The position numbers and the translations under genes are program-made. A stretch of 64,000 nt of DNA from Candidatus Nomurabacteria bacterium (GTDB taxonomy: Bacteria > Patescibacteriota > Minisyncoccia > Phycocordibacterales > UBA5272), in assembly GCA_028286645.1 (NCBI GenBank), contig JAQBRF010000004.1, positions 18,830 through 82,829 of the forward strand, in the 5' to 3' direction. The notes below the pieces were generated by a model. It had not been told where the DNA came from. It saw nothing but the letters and a program-made list of their open reading frames with translations, and did no database searches. Within the stretch, counting starts at the first letter, position 1. Each line of letters opens with the position of its first letter. This document shows positions 41,601 through 48,726 of this stretch, piece after piece.

Positions 41601-41894
41601 GAAGATGTATGTATTGATAAAACACAGCTTACAAATCTTCTTAATAATTCTGGCCAAGGCGGAGCTCCTGCTTCTATTCAAAACTCTACTTCAACTCCAT
41701 CAGGGGATGTATATGCAAATGATGTAAATCAGGGAACTCTATATTCCTCATCCACTCCTTCAGGCACGCATAGCGGAATGGTAGCCGGCACTTCTACGGA
41801 GGCCATGCCAGCAATTGATACAGCCCCAATTGTAAGTGAACCGGCAAGCGGGGGTGTATCAGTTGCGCCCACAGATGGGGCAGTAACACCATAA
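29640..41894 (+). CDS. Giant repetitive surface/fibre protein with S74-like chaperone and C-terminal autoproteolytic-like domain
   Basis: 4084 aa; signal-like N-terminus, short collagen-like G-x-x tract, NATTTN repeats, many GNVGIGTTTP repeats, SDERLKD motif, VAERF...IGVV...GPIQKGDYLT. Confidence 0.85.
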   Translation: MKKGIKKCGAKVWVIFFTFILISSFSANSSVHAAESKILNFPVYPLQSVIRFISFKTFSLYSVSSHAYALAHNLPQFAPTKLSAIPSIKTDELSPLLNIGNSASQNTVILSDAVNELGCELVKFIRINLCAGESNFVTPKLAMNKVDNNDLVIDSAIPRQIAIVGEELHSPLIESIKNFALNLNTATVPKQQPYEEIQNDIPDLKFNFPRLAEFSLLPFKQYSSFATGDNKASAQGISVPVKKSTLPFLDRLSLSVFCKIKSLSGVVDENRCSYDSLAGNFLINNLANLNDGNTQPSTLNSSGATSTSTGSSNTPQDTFTNSGNISKPVYITQYLTKYITLAGSPGPKGPSGVDGKDGLDGMSGQNGANSQGGFGGFINPSSSYVAPTPYVAQSLVGISTIGYLRDTTIEYAKFNYGTANNLSLISPTVDNGVFNGTNIFNGGVRFNDNVDINILTATSSNFLNSSTTNSFANNFSAVNSILGDAIITNANVTNSTTTNQSTTNLNLTNGTTSNQFINNLAVINSTTTNASTTNSYISNLLNDNSTTTNLVVTNASTTNATTTNSFISKLWSTLANITDLIIGNATTTNLFAANATSTNFFSTLARITGLTVDNSVTTNATTTNGYISNLTNDNGNIGNLVVTNASTTNGTTTNSYIANLANTNAVITNATTTNSFIARLWSTLGDITGLNTVNLTATNATSTNFFSTLARITGLTVDNSVTTNATTTNSFIANLTADNAVINNINFGSASSTNSTSTNGFIANLTMNNGTSTNFFTQNLSVGNTNVSGNQTINGTFTVLGTTTLGAATTIVGNILLGTSTSNFITVNGLFNSHLVPAQNITYDLGSPSFYYRTLYVDTITANTVSAVSSTINGTTNSSFSINADNVSADAEDSTLVFFRGLVTPNAVIRWNSISKRLEANMSINVMNETPVTGSTTFSVQGGAGQGTTPLFKLLDNSENTLSYFDQNGSLGIGTSTITSGAKVDVWGNLNVGTSSTPTLFANTATGNVGIGTSTPGSTLTVAGTGLFTSNLSTLGTLGVSGQTTLTTASSTAFTATTLFSTTGTIANLINTNATSSNLFASLGTLGALTVTGQTVLSNASTTNLTVSGNLYSTNQITTTETVTNSSTTNQTTSGNTYFSGLTAGSIPFIGGGGLLSQNNANLFWDNTNARLGVGTTTPGALLTVSSSTATGTTGLFSIATSSNPLLSVLANGIIQLKTGRVNNGVQFIGGVGGSLEFTNSASGVFSAQGNGLGQVTWNGTEVDLGNNFGVAGRFNCVSGSCRTSFNSTNFPVATAQNFFKSNADGNIGMIIAQNSVSQTGDLFQLTDSAGTSVLSTFSASGSLGIGSTTPGSKLSITGTSGATTPLFTVASSTNSVIFNVLANGNVGIGTTTPDQKLVVEGNNPAIAINNTGSGSGNFPIFILRHAGADKSYLYWDNANSFTKFSSAGALRFDTNGLGNTNMTLLANGNLGIGTTTPSTKLSVAGNGLFDGVVTASNFVATSTAPSTFTNATITNASTTNTTGTGLTFTNGLFLNSLASNGTLNITGQTVLANASTTNLSISGNLYAPNFLGTTGSFSTLSATNASTTNFTNSNNSYFSALTAGSIPFIGGGGLLSQNNANLFWDNTNARLGVGTTTPIAKLSVSDATNYGNVTADQTKFGSYYLYSPQAVITGTSTAPAGTYIGVNSDLNGSNISLTSSSNFIGTNLSSIKGSVSGSPVVNLNLNANTGLGFVSTAAIEGNANVTPVYISGDQLFFNSYGGQFTNTSGNGVSTTPTSNIYGINASSNSNLARGSHYGGNFIAAGTASSNYGVRVASVSGAGSNYGLMIDTVAASSTNYALYSGALAQSYFAGNVGIGTLSPTGKFSIITSPSGMIDAPAMDILSTHAIGSVTTSGVRTFTMASSTYNPSATLSNSSVSGTNVIIANGNTQNINLNNFTLSDVTGVGARNALTVNGYTATLTGSPVINDTNPDGLGQVITVAGFSGNVSVTPAVTSLVNIGNFNSIAGEFNNTSSDGGSNLSSLAYGIKVSNTATLATANASDLYGGFFNVSGTATNAYGLKVNVIGSTNNHGMLISSVSGGASNYGLRIDTVAASSTNYALYSGALAQSYFSGNLGIGTTSPTEKLSVAGNGLFDGVVTASNFFATSTTPSTFINASTTNLTVSGNLYSTNQITTTETVTNSSTTNQTTSGNSYFSALTSGSIPFIGAGGLLSQNNSNLFWDNTNARLGVGTSTPVNALTVVGNGLLTGSLTVGNGSTNAIVDINGLSSNSALLRFLRSGTEAGRITFANSADMTFQLGSSPAEMMRITSAGNIGIGSTTPGSKLSVTGASGSIAPLFTVASSTNSVLFNVLANGNVGIGTTTPLAALHVTTQVADIAYFNSSISPLGRLFIAARGGPNGEIEIGNHDGAYRLLDVQGSILTFGVSGTEKMRIDASGNIGIGSTTPTAKFTVSGDNGAVSSDSLVVFGDNLNSVTGATTAKLTIGNIDGNSELLIGQDGTHNLVNAWIYNATAASGYGLIAGYGGNNNIVLQRDGGNVGIGATTTPSARLSIKGIGTTTGINFQTTNSSNVPLFSILDNGNVGIGTSSPIANLQIGNTTSASTASPVTLSLGGTFSSVAGANLKLKLFDSGANVYGLGVSANSLDVSSAAALNFYTNASTTPSMTVAATGNVGVGTGAPVSTLNVNQLAGTTKGISITGDETFASGNGSITSGVRIALGVSRANNRQLWLGDIAAYGSSTAGLFRYNTGQTGWGGFDVVSGDGSSRFLTVAGSDTSNVGIGYNGSPVDPTLYTGKLNVFSYNDSAASTTLNLRHFGTASGNYLDIKNSAGTLLATFTNAGNMGIGVTSPTSLLSIASTTASGATGLFSVASSSSIFNILANGNVGIGTTTSIQKLDVNSSTFLANSVNGAYVTSDSAVTNSAYLASNAYYNGSSWQKPFALKSAIFGSAGSGASKGFYIYGSESTTAGTISDFEERFKVLTTGNVIMGVGAGGGNVGVGTTTPSTKLSVAGNGLFDGVVTASNFVATSTTPSTFINASTTNHTNSGNNYFSALTSGSIPFIGAGGLLSQNNANLFWDNTNGRLGVGTTTPGSLLTVSSSTATGTTDLFSVSTSSPIFNILANGNIGIGTTTPTDKLFVSGTFSAGTSTLNNLIVTNTSTSTFAGAVQITKSTVGPTTVLTLKNGQFNVGDTSDILFSHGNLQAFSKISSSLPGSNQTHLAFYTSSNTNSLVEAMRIDGNGKVGIGTSSPANLLHISGNGDSRVMSETTGADTVGTAGFVMKGGGTNAQWQIFTNRSDLAGAADNFAIRKNAGTTGVKLVIQDNGNVGIGTTTPIYSLDVVGNIRTAGAASGFIMNNRATNQTSAQWYSPTAGETRLFDHVAGLDRFTINSSGSVGIGTTTPGNTLSVEGSGNVARFGTSANAFSFIQVDSNNATIKNVFGTDISGTPTGFLGTLTNHDLILRTNNTEKVRITTGGNVGIGVSPALARLQVNDGGGTAASEILSLQTGYAANSAQKALTWRDGVNITGQIDTRYDGTSIDMVFGHLYNSGYNTTDRMVIKGTGNVGIGTLAPFSRLHVAQDVTQYSTSGTFAQLEVTGGTNINQRLAIGYNTSTNVGFIQAIINGVSFQPLALQPLGGNVGIATSTPGQALAVVGTIQQSAAKSCALSSNASGDIICTSDERLKDIAGIYNGGIGQLLSINPIRFNYKNESYQHVGFSAQNIASVLPEGAPIQSNGFYGLDSNAVLALTLNSVKDIAHRIDFSNAPNSASLIIDNLGGIMAKNFMTDTTSSVAERFPAEEAVDVGTVVAFGDSSYSFNDIHASSTDTYSMSGVRKARTQGEAIGVVTSNAGLITGTSSNGGVPVVFSGRTVVQVTNEYGPIQKGDYLTLSTTTPGKATKMSGEGQSLGVAVSADNGSGRILVVLNTGYQKVDTNSRAISTSGMLTTGNLDLNANGVAILNIKSLASANGTWSINEDGRIIAKILCLEDVCIDKTQLTNLLNNSGQGGAPASIQNSTSTPSGDVYANDVNQGTLYSSSTPSGTHSGMVAGTSTEAMPAIDTAPIVSEPASGGVSVAPTDGAVTP

Positions 41895-41941
41895 AATATT
41901 AAATTGCCAAAATACTTTTTGTGGTGTAGAATGTAACAACT

Positions 41942-42139
41942 ATGGTAGTACGAATGAGACATACACGGGCGCATACCGCCAATCGCCGAAGTCATCACGC
42001 GCTTAAGGCTTCTAATTTAGTGACTTGCAAGAACTGTCAGGCTTTTAAGGCGCCGCATAAGGTGTGTGATGCTTGTGGATTTTATAAAGGTAAAAAAGCA
42101 GTGGCAGTTAAATCTAAAAAACAGGTAACAAAGGCATAA
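41942..42139 (+). CDS. rpmF: 50S ribosomal protein L32
   Basis: RRSHHAL, CxxC...HKVCxxCGFYKG. Confidence 0.95.
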   Translation: MVVRMRHTRAHTANRRSHHALKASNLVTCKNCQAFKAPHKVCDACGFYKGKKAVAVKSKKQVTKA

Positions 42140-42227
42140 TCTATACTTATTTAAATGAATCCTGTTCCTTCTCAAACAAATAAATGATAACTAATGACTA
42201 ATAACCATTAACTTAATAACTATCTAC

Positions 42228-43124
42228 ATGAGTACTCGCCACATCGCTCGAACCCTTGCATTACAAACACTCTTCGAACTTGATATGAAAGGGGAATTAG
42301 GTATTTCGCCAAATGAAGTAGAAGGTATAATTGCAAGAAATAGGGATGAGGCTGGAGAAGCGGTTAAGGATCTTTCGTTTGCGAAAGAGGTAGTAACTAA
42401 CGCTCTTTCTAGACGAATTACAATTGATGACATTATTACTCGGGCTGCGCCGGATTGGCCTCTTGATAAAATAGGAATAGTAGACAGAAATATTTTAAGG
42501 CTGGGATTAACTGAACTCCTTTTTGGCGATCGTACTCAGGTGCCTCCTAAAGTGGCTATAGATGAAGCTATAGAGCTTGCGAAAGCATTTGGAGGAGAAA
42601 CTTCCGGCCGATTTGTTAATGGAGTATTAGGGGCAATTTACAAAGAAATGGGTGAGCCAGAAAAAGGACAAACTACGAAAAGCAAGAAAGAGTATTTTGA
42701 AAGCGGAAAAAGAGAATTACTCGCTGGTGCCGTAGTATGCGCTCATCATAATAATAAAGTTCAAGTTGCTCTCGTTCATGACGTATTTGGGTATTGGACT
42801 TTGCCTAAGGGTCATATCGGTCTTGAAGAAAAAGGCGAAGAGGGGGTGGTAAGAGAAATAAAAAAAGAAATTGGATTATATATTACAGTTCTCGAAAAGC
42901 TAGGAGAGAATCAGTACATTGCCAATAAGCCTGATCAAGGGAAAGTAGTTAAGCATGTAAATTATTACCTGGCTACATCAGACTATACCGATCTTCAATT
43001 AGAAAAAAAGGGCGGACTAGACGAAGCGAAATGGTTTAGTGAGATAGATGCTGTAAATTTACGGGTTTATGATGACATAAAACCTCTTATAAGGAATGCT
43101 ATTGATAAGGTAAAAAATGTGTAA
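42228..43124 (+). CDS. nusB: NusB fused to a C-terminal NUDIX-like domain
   Basis: RHIARTLALQTLFE, VDRNILR, VAIDEAIELAK.FG, FVNGVLG; then WTLPKGH...VVREIKKEIGL. Confidence 0.92.
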   Translation: MSTRHIARTLALQTLFELDMKGELGISPNEVEGIIARNRDEAGEAVKDLSFAKEVVTNALSRRITIDDIITRAAPDWPLDKIGIVDRNILRLGLTELLFGDRTQVPPKVAIDEAIELAKAFGGETSGRFVNGVLGAIYKEMGEPEKGQTTKSKKEYFESGKRELLAGAVVCAHHNNKVQVALVHDVFGYWTLPKGHIGLEEKGEEGVVREIKKEIGLYITVLEKLGENQYIANKPDQGKVVKHVNYYLATSDYTDLQLEKKGGLDEAKWFSEIDAVNLRVYDDIKPLIRNAIDKVKNV

Positions 43125-43133
43125 GCTGAAAAT

Positions 43134-43823
43134 ATGACCATAGAAGAATTTAAGGAAAGAAATAAAATAAGTTTTAAAAATGACAAACTGCTGGAGCAGG
43201 CTTTTATTCATCGAAGCTATATTAATGAAAGCGGCAGAACAGGTCTTAATCATAATGAAAGACTGGAATTCTTGGGGGATGCTGTGCTTGAACTTATTGT
43301 TACGGAATATTTATATGAAACTTATCCTAATCAAAATGAAGGAGACTTGACTGCGTACAGGTCAGCGCTAGTGAATGCGGTAACGCTCGGGGAAGTGGCT
43401 TCTTATTTATCATTTAATGACATGATGAGGCTCTCAAAAGGGGAGGCGAAAGATGTAACAAGGGCGAGATCTTCTATTTTAGCTGATGCATATGAAGCAT
43501 TTATCGGAGCTCTTTATTTAGATCAGGGTTATGCAGCTTCAAAGGAATTTATAAAAAATACAATACTTATAAAAACAGAGGATATTATAAAAAATGGCCT
43601 TTATAAAGATGCTAAAAGTTTAGTTCAAGAGAGGGCGCAAGATATTTACAGTGTTACTCCATTTTATAAGCTGCTGGATGAAGAGGGGCCAGATCATGAT
43701 AAGAGGTTCACTGTCGGTATATTTTTTGGAGATGAAAAGGTAGCAGAAGGCGCCGGTAAAAGTAAGCAAGAAGCAGAAACTCTTGCAGCAAGAGAGGCAA
43801 TAAAAATTAAGAATTGGAAATAG
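43134..43823 (+). CDS. rnc: Ribonuclease III
   Basis: HNERLEFLGDAVL, ADAYEAFIGA, dsRBD ending G.GKSKQEAE. Confidence 0.97.
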   Translation: MTIEEFKERNKISFKNDKLLEQAFIHRSYINESGRTGLNHNERLEFLGDAVLELIVTEYLYETYPNQNEGDLTAYRSALVNAVTLGEVASYLSFNDMMRLSKGEAKDVTRARSSILADAYEAFIGALYLDQGYAASKEFIKNTILIKTEDIIKNGLYKDAKSLVQERAQDIYSVTPFYKLLDEEGPDHDKRFTVGIFFGDEKVAEGAGKSKQEAETLAAREAIKIKNWK

Positions 43824-43857
43824 CAGAGAATAATTTAAGGTTAATTTAAGGTAATAA

Positions 43858-43892
43858 AGAAAAATCCGCCTGTAAGGGCGGATTTTTCTTTA
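43858..43892. terminator. Bidirectional terminator
   Basis: AAAGAAAAATCCGCC-tgtaa-GGGCGGATTTTTCTTT between convergent genes. Confidence 0.8.
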
Positions 43893-43917
43893 TTACCTAG
43901 TCTCTTCTTCTACTTGA

Positions 43918-44232
43918 TTAGTATGCGCGACGTGGGCGATCTTCACGAGGAGCTAGTGGTCTTGCAATGTTAACTGTAAGACGACGTCCTTGGAAGTCCT
44001 GATCGTGAAACATCTGGATAGCCTTCATAGCTTCATCCTCAGATGACATTTCAACGAAGCCGAAGCCTTTTGAACGATTTGTCATCTTATCGATAATAAT
44101 TTGAGCGGAAACTACATTTCCAGCTGGTGCAAAGTGGTTCTTTAGATCATCATTTGTTGATGTATAAGGGATGCCACCTACGTATAGTTTTGCGTTTGAA
44201 TTTGCCGCAGAACTGTTATTTGTTGGATTCAT
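43918..44232 (-). CDS. RRM RNA-binding protein
   Basis: KLYVGG (RNP2) and SKGFGFVEM (RNP1). Confidence 0.93.
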   Translation of the reverse strand: MNPTNNSSAANSNAKLYVGGIPYTSTNDDLKNHFAPAGNVVSAQIIIDKMTNRSKGFGFVEMSSEDEAMKAIQMFHDQDFQGRRLTVNIARPLAPREDRPRRAY

Positions 44233-44463
44233 TTATTTTTAGAAACTAATTATTAACAATAAGCCCTGGCACACATTCATACAAGTAATCTTGATAGAAA
44301 CGTTACAGTTGCTTACTTTATGTCTATTCTACAACATTACCACTCTTTTGTCCATCAATTCCTATAAAAGGCTTGTTTATAAAGGGAACTTGACTTTTTA
44401 ACATAAAAGTAGCACAATATCTTACGAGCTTCGTAAACCTGTAGTACCTCTGGAGGAGGTCGC

Positions 44464-44625
44464 ATGTCGGCGAACATTTGCACCCAAGGCGAACACGAAA
44501 AGAAGGATGAGGTGGGGGGCAAGACCCCTTATCACTGTGAGGTCTCTGACCTCTATGCGCGGTATTTTTTGGCGGTATGTGCCGCCTGCCTCCTCGCGGA
44601 TCACCTTCTTCCGCATGTCGGTTGA
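44464..44625 (+). CDS. 53-aa Cys/His-rich hypothetical protein (solo cassette, absent from ORF track)
   Basis: TTGACT-17-CACAAT at 44390, GGAGGAGG SD, MSANICTQGEHEKKDEVGGKTPYHCEVSDLYARYFLAVCAACLLADHLLPHVG*, terminator ~44654-44682. Confidence 0.6.
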   Translation: MSANICTQGEHEKKDEVGGKTPYHCEVSDLYARYFLAVCAACLLADHLLPHVG

Positions 44626-44680
44626 GCTACTCATCCGAGGTAGCCAAAACAACAAGGTCCCGCTCTAGCGAAGCGGGCCT

Positions 44681-46156
44681 TTATAATTTTCCTAAATCAA
44701 GCGTTTCGGTAACTCCTATATCTTTTACGAATTCATCCACGTGAGAAACTATAATCATGGGTCCCGCATAATTTTTTAAAGCTTCAGCTATCACCGGTAT
44801 ATGCCGGAAGTTAATGTGGTTAGTCGGTTCATCCAAAATCAATAGTCCAGGTTTTAGTAACCGTAAATATGCAAACATCAAAAGCCCTTTCTGTCCTTCA
44901 GATAATAATCCAATCTTTGCCTTTAATTGCTCGCTGCCCAGAAGCATGCTTGCGGCAGTCTTTCTAAGCAATTGATCATCCAGCTTCTTTAAAACTTTTG
45001 CAAGTTCCTCATAGGATGATTTATCGAAGTCGAGCGTAGAAAAGTCTTGCCGGTAATAACCTATATTGATACCATCCTGCACTTCAACGCCTTTTTCTTT
45101 TCTATTGGCTATCTTTTCAAGCAGAGTTGTTTTTCCGATTCCATTTGGTCCGATGATATGAAGCTTGTCGCCCTTTCTTAATTCGATAGACACATCTCTT
45201 TTTACTGGTTTGCCATTATGAAGCACTTCTACAGAATTAAATTTAACGATGACGCTGCCGATGTCTTCCTGAGTTTCTATGGCAAAGGGGCGAATAGTTC
45301 TGTCTTCTTTTCTTACATCAACTTTGTTTTCTTCCATTTCTTCGGCTTCCTCTTTTAATTTAGCTGCGAGTTTTCTCATCTTTCCTCCTTTATGAGCGAA
45401 GAAATTTACCTTATCTTTATTTTCCTGTATTTCTTTTTCTAATTGCGAGTTGGCTCTTTGTTCGCGCTCTACCTGTCTTTTTATATCTTCTACCACTTTA
45501 TAGTAATTCCCTATATATTGCTCAACTTTAAAGTTTTGAGTATTTATATATAAAACTCCATGAGTAAATGAGTTTAAGAAAGCTTCATCATGGGAAATAA
45601 CTATCACTGTTCCAGGATAGTTTTTCATAAAGTTCGTAAGCAGCTCCACGCCGGCTTTATCTAAATTGTTAGTGGGTTCATCAAGAAGCAGTATGTCTGG
45701 CTTTTGTATGAGGGCCTGGGCGATGAGCAATCTTCCTTTTTGTCCGCCAGAAAGCTTCCTAATAGGGGAATCAAGTTCTACATAAAGCTTAAGGGTTTCA
45801 AACATAAGTTTGGCGCGCTTGTCTATGTCGTAAATTTTTTCAGGAAATGGCTTTTCTAAAAACTCCCGCACCGTCATGCTCCATTCATCATGTGGAATAA
45901 ATTGCTTAGCTATAGCCACATTCAAACCTTGTCCTATTAGTATTCTTCCTTCCTCTGGCTTCCTTTCTTTTGTGATTAGAGAAAATAAAGTAGATTTCCC
46001 TGATCCATTTGGTCCCATTAAGGTAAGCTTGGTTCCTTTACGCACAACAAAGTTCGTCTCCTTGAGAATTGGTTTGTTTTCTCCAAAGTTAAAAGACAAA
46101 TCTTCAAATCGAAGAACTGCTTCACCTCCAGAAGGAATTTGCTTTTCTACTGCCAT
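44681..46156 (-). CDS. ABC-F family ATPase
   Basis: Two NBDs (GPNGSGKST/LSGGQ/LLLDEPTN and GPNGIGKTT/LSEGQ/LILDEPTNH), no TM segments. Confidence 0.92.
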   Translation of the reverse strand: MAVEKQIPSGGEAVLRFEDLSFNFGENKPILKETNFVVRKGTKLTLMGPNGSGKSTLFSLITKERKPEEGRILIGQGLNVAIAKQFIPHDEWSMTVREFLEKPFPEKIYDIDKRAKLMFETLKLYVELDSPIRKLSGGQKGRLLIAQALIQKPDILLLDEPTNNLDKAGVELLTNFMKNYPGTVIVISHDEAFLNSFTHGVLYINTQNFKVEQYIGNYYKVVEDIKRQVEREQRANSQLEKEIQENKDKVNFFAHKGGKMRKLAAKLKEEAEEMEENKVDVRKEDRTIRPFAIETQEDIGSVIVKFNSVEVLHNGKPVKRDVSIELRKGDKLHIIGPNGIGKTTLLEKIANRKEKGVEVQDGINIGYYRQDFSTLDFDKSSYEELAKVLKKLDDQLLRKTAASMLLGSEQLKAKIGLLSEGQKGLLMFAYLRLLKPGLLILDEPTNHINFRHIPVIAEALKNYAGPMIIVSHVDEFVKDIGVTETLDLGKL

Positions 46157-46246
46157 AAATTAAATAAAGGCCCTCATGGGCGTTTGTTGCCTAATTGTAC
46201 AATAATTTTACATTTTTGTCACATTCATTATAATGAATAGATCCCT

Positions 46247-47113
46247 ATGCAACCTCAAGAGCCTATTAAGGACATCGTGGTCATTTACCATGCGTACTGC
46301 ATTGATGGTTTCGGCGCGGCTTGGGCGGCCTGGAAAAGACTAGGCGACACTGCTACTTATATTCCCGCTCTCTACAGAGATGAATTCCCGGAAGGAATAG
46401 TAGAAAAAGAAGTATATATACTTGATTTCTGCTTTAAGGCAGATATCACCAAGGACCTAGCTCTTAAGAACAAAAAGTTAGTTTTAATAGATCACCACGT
46501 TAGTGAAAAAGATATTATAGAAAGTGTAGAGAATCATAAATTTGCGCTTGATAAGTCAGCGGCTAAATTGACATGGGAATATTTCCATCCCAATATTCCG
46601 GTTCCTGAGCTTATAGAATATATTTCAGATAGCGATATGACGGAACATACGCTCCCTAATTGGCGAGAAGTAGAGGAATATATTTACGCTCAAGACTATT
46701 CATTTGAAAGTTATGATGATGTATATTATGAGTTAGAAAAAAACAAAAAGGGGATTGTAAAAATTGGCACTGCCCTTGCTAAACAAATAGATAAGGTGGT
46801 AGACAGGCATATAGAAAAAGCAAGGTTAGTAAGCTTTGAAGGATATGAAGTATATGCCTGCAACGCCCCCACCATAATACTTGATAAATTAGGAGAGAAA
46901 TTAAATGAGAAAAAAGGCCCGTTTACTATTTTATATAGATTTGAAAGAGATAATTTAAGAGTATTATTTAGGGGAAATGGGACCGTGGATGTATCCAAGA
47001 TCGCCAAAAAGTACGGAGGAGGGGGACATCATGATTCTGCGGGCATTAGATTCAAAGATAAATTCCCATTATCATTTCTTCTCAGTGGAGAAAAAGATAG
47101 CGCCAATCTTTAA
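46247..47113 (+). CDS. DHH/DHHA1 phosphoesterase
   Basis: YH..C.DG, LDF, IDHH, GGGGH. Confidence 0.88.
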   Translation: MQPQEPIKDIVVIYHAYCIDGFGAAWAAWKRLGDTATYIPALYRDEFPEGIVEKEVYILDFCFKADITKDLALKNKKLVLIDHHVSEKDIIESVENHKFALDKSAAKLTWEYFHPNIPVPELIEYISDSDMTEHTLPNWREVEEYIYAQDYSFESYDDVYYELEKNKKGIVKIGTALAKQIDKVVDRHIEKARLVSFEGYEVYACNAPTIILDKLGEKLNEKKGPFTILYRFERDNLRVLFRGNGTVDVSKIAKKYGGGGHHDSAGIRFKDKFPLSFLLSGEKDSANL

Positions 47114-47158
47114 AATAAGAAAATCTAAAGATAAAGTTTGTGCTAGAATATATTTATT

Positions 47159-47737
47159 ATGGTATCTATTGATTGTGAAATGACAGGGCTAAATCCTGAG
47201 CGATCAGCTATTGTTTCTATCGGCGCTATTGATCTACAGAAGCCTGAAAGAAGAATTTATATAGAAATGCAGCCATTTGAAGGGGCTGATATTAATGATG
47301 AGTCTATTGCCATCTGTGGTTATACACGAGAGGCCTTGGCAAATATAAAACTTAGTCAAAAGGAAGGGCTTACACTGCTGAAGCAGTTTTTAGATGAAAG
47401 TAACGAAAGAAATGTGGTTGGTCAAAATGTTACATTCGATGTGCTTTTTCTAAATTATTCATTCATGAGAGAAGGAGTGGATTGTAAAATTCCTTATCGA
47501 GTTTTAGATTTGCATAGCATGGTTTGTTCAAAGCTTATTTTATCTGGTAAGCAAGTTCCTATAGAAGATAGAAAATCTACATTAAATTTAGATGGCCTTT
47601 TAAATATGTCTGGTATTCCTGAGGAACCGAAACCGCACAATGCCTTAACTGGAGCCTTATCGGCGGCAGAAGTATATTTTAGATTAATCGAAGGCAGAGC
47701 CGTACTTCCAGAATTCAAAGAATATTCTATCCAATAA
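47159..47737 (+). CDS. DEDDh 3'-5' exonuclease
   Basis: IDCEMTGL, GQNVTFD, PHNAL. Confidence 0.85.
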   Translation: MVSIDCEMTGLNPERSAIVSIGAIDLQKPERRIYIEMQPFEGADINDESIAICGYTREALANIKLSQKEGLTLLKQFLDESNERNVVGQNVTFDVLFLNYSFMREGVDCKIPYRVLDLHSMVCSKLILSGKQVPIEDRKSTLNLDGLLNMSGIPEEPKPHNALTGALSAAEVYFRLIEGRAVLPEFKEYSIQ

Positions 47738-47849
47738 AGTGATAAGTATCTATTAATAAAAGAGTTTCGTTAGTAGGGTTGATCCATCCAAACTAAATAT
47801 CTGTGGACATAAAATAGGCAGAAAAACTCCTAAGCTATATACTGAAAAT

Positions 47850-48317
47850 ATGAATTCATATCAATTAGGGGTAGTGGCGCTTCTTGTTATTTTCGCAGGA
47901 AGTATTTTTTATTATATTAATGGCACAGATAGCGCTGGGGTGCTTCAAAGTGCAGTAGGAAAAGCTGAAGTTACCACTCAGCCGATAGCAATTGAGTCTG
48001 TTTACGGAAACTATGAATGCAATATTGACTCAGGATGTAAAAATCCATATACATTAAGTTTAATAGAAGATAATTCGGCTATTGTGACAACTTCATATAA
48101 TGACGGAGTAGAAGTCAGAAAGGAAAGCGGGTCGTGGAAGTTAGAAGATGACAATTCTATAACGATTCTTCTGAATGAATCAAATGCCGGTCCATATGAC
48201 ACTCCTCACATCATTACGACTAAACCCGCGGGAAAGAATCTGGTATCCCTTACATTGGCTGCGTATGATAGGAAGTTTTACGATGATATGATAAAGCCTT
48301 TGTTTATTAAAAGATAA
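47850..48317 (+). CDS. Membrane-anchored protein, NlpE-N-like beta domain
   Basis: N-terminal TM, GNYEC....GC..YTLSL, ESGSW. Confidence 0.6.
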   Translation: MNSYQLGVVALLVIFAGSIFYYINGTDSAGVLQSAVGKAEVTTQPIAIESVYGNYECNIDSGCKNPYTLSLIEDNSAIVTTSYNDGVEVRKESGSWKLEDDNSITILLNESNAGPYDTPHIITTKPAGKNLVSLTLAAYDRKFYDDMIKPLFIKR

Positions 48318-48357
48318 ATTTCAGGGCAAAACGCCTGCCTTTTGTTATACTATATTT

Positions 48358-48681
48358 ATGAACTCACTCGATAAAGGTCCCCGCATGGATGACCCAGCTA
48401 CACAGGAAAATTTTAAAAAAAGAGATGGGATAGAAAAGTTATTGCGCGGTAAAATTAGTGAAATCTTTCCGGATGGTGCGAAAACTCCCTTAGATTTTGT
48501 AAGCGGGAGATTAACTAATTGCATGATTGATGCGGGTCTCGATCCCAATAATCAAAAAGATGTAATTTTTTTTAAAGGAGAAATAGAAAGAGCGTATAAT
48601 GATGTAGTCCCTGCGTATAGAGAAAATATAAGTTTAAAAAATAAATTATTTTTTTATATTCAAATAAACTGGACCCCGTAG
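48358..48681 (+). CDS. Hypothetical protein
   Basis: 107-aa ORF 6 nt after TATACT; its end overlaps a terminator hairpin. Confidence 0.6.
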   Translation: MNSLDKGPRMDDPATQENFKKRDGIEKLLRGKISEIFPDGAKTPLDFVSGRLTNCMIDAGLDPNNQKDVIFFKGEIERAYNDVVPAYRENISLKNKLFFYIQINWTP

Positions 48682-48726
48682 GGGCCCAGTTTATTTTCTC
48701 TCAAACGAAAAAACTAAATTTACAAC

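Noticed and set aside
29640-41894. Prophage tail-fibre locus
   Set aside because: Flanked by rnhB and rpmF, has an export signal, and no capsid, terminase or integrase genes are present
30295-41998. Many minus-strand ORFs inside the giant gene
   Set aside because: Antisense shadows caused by Thr/Asn/Gly codon bias
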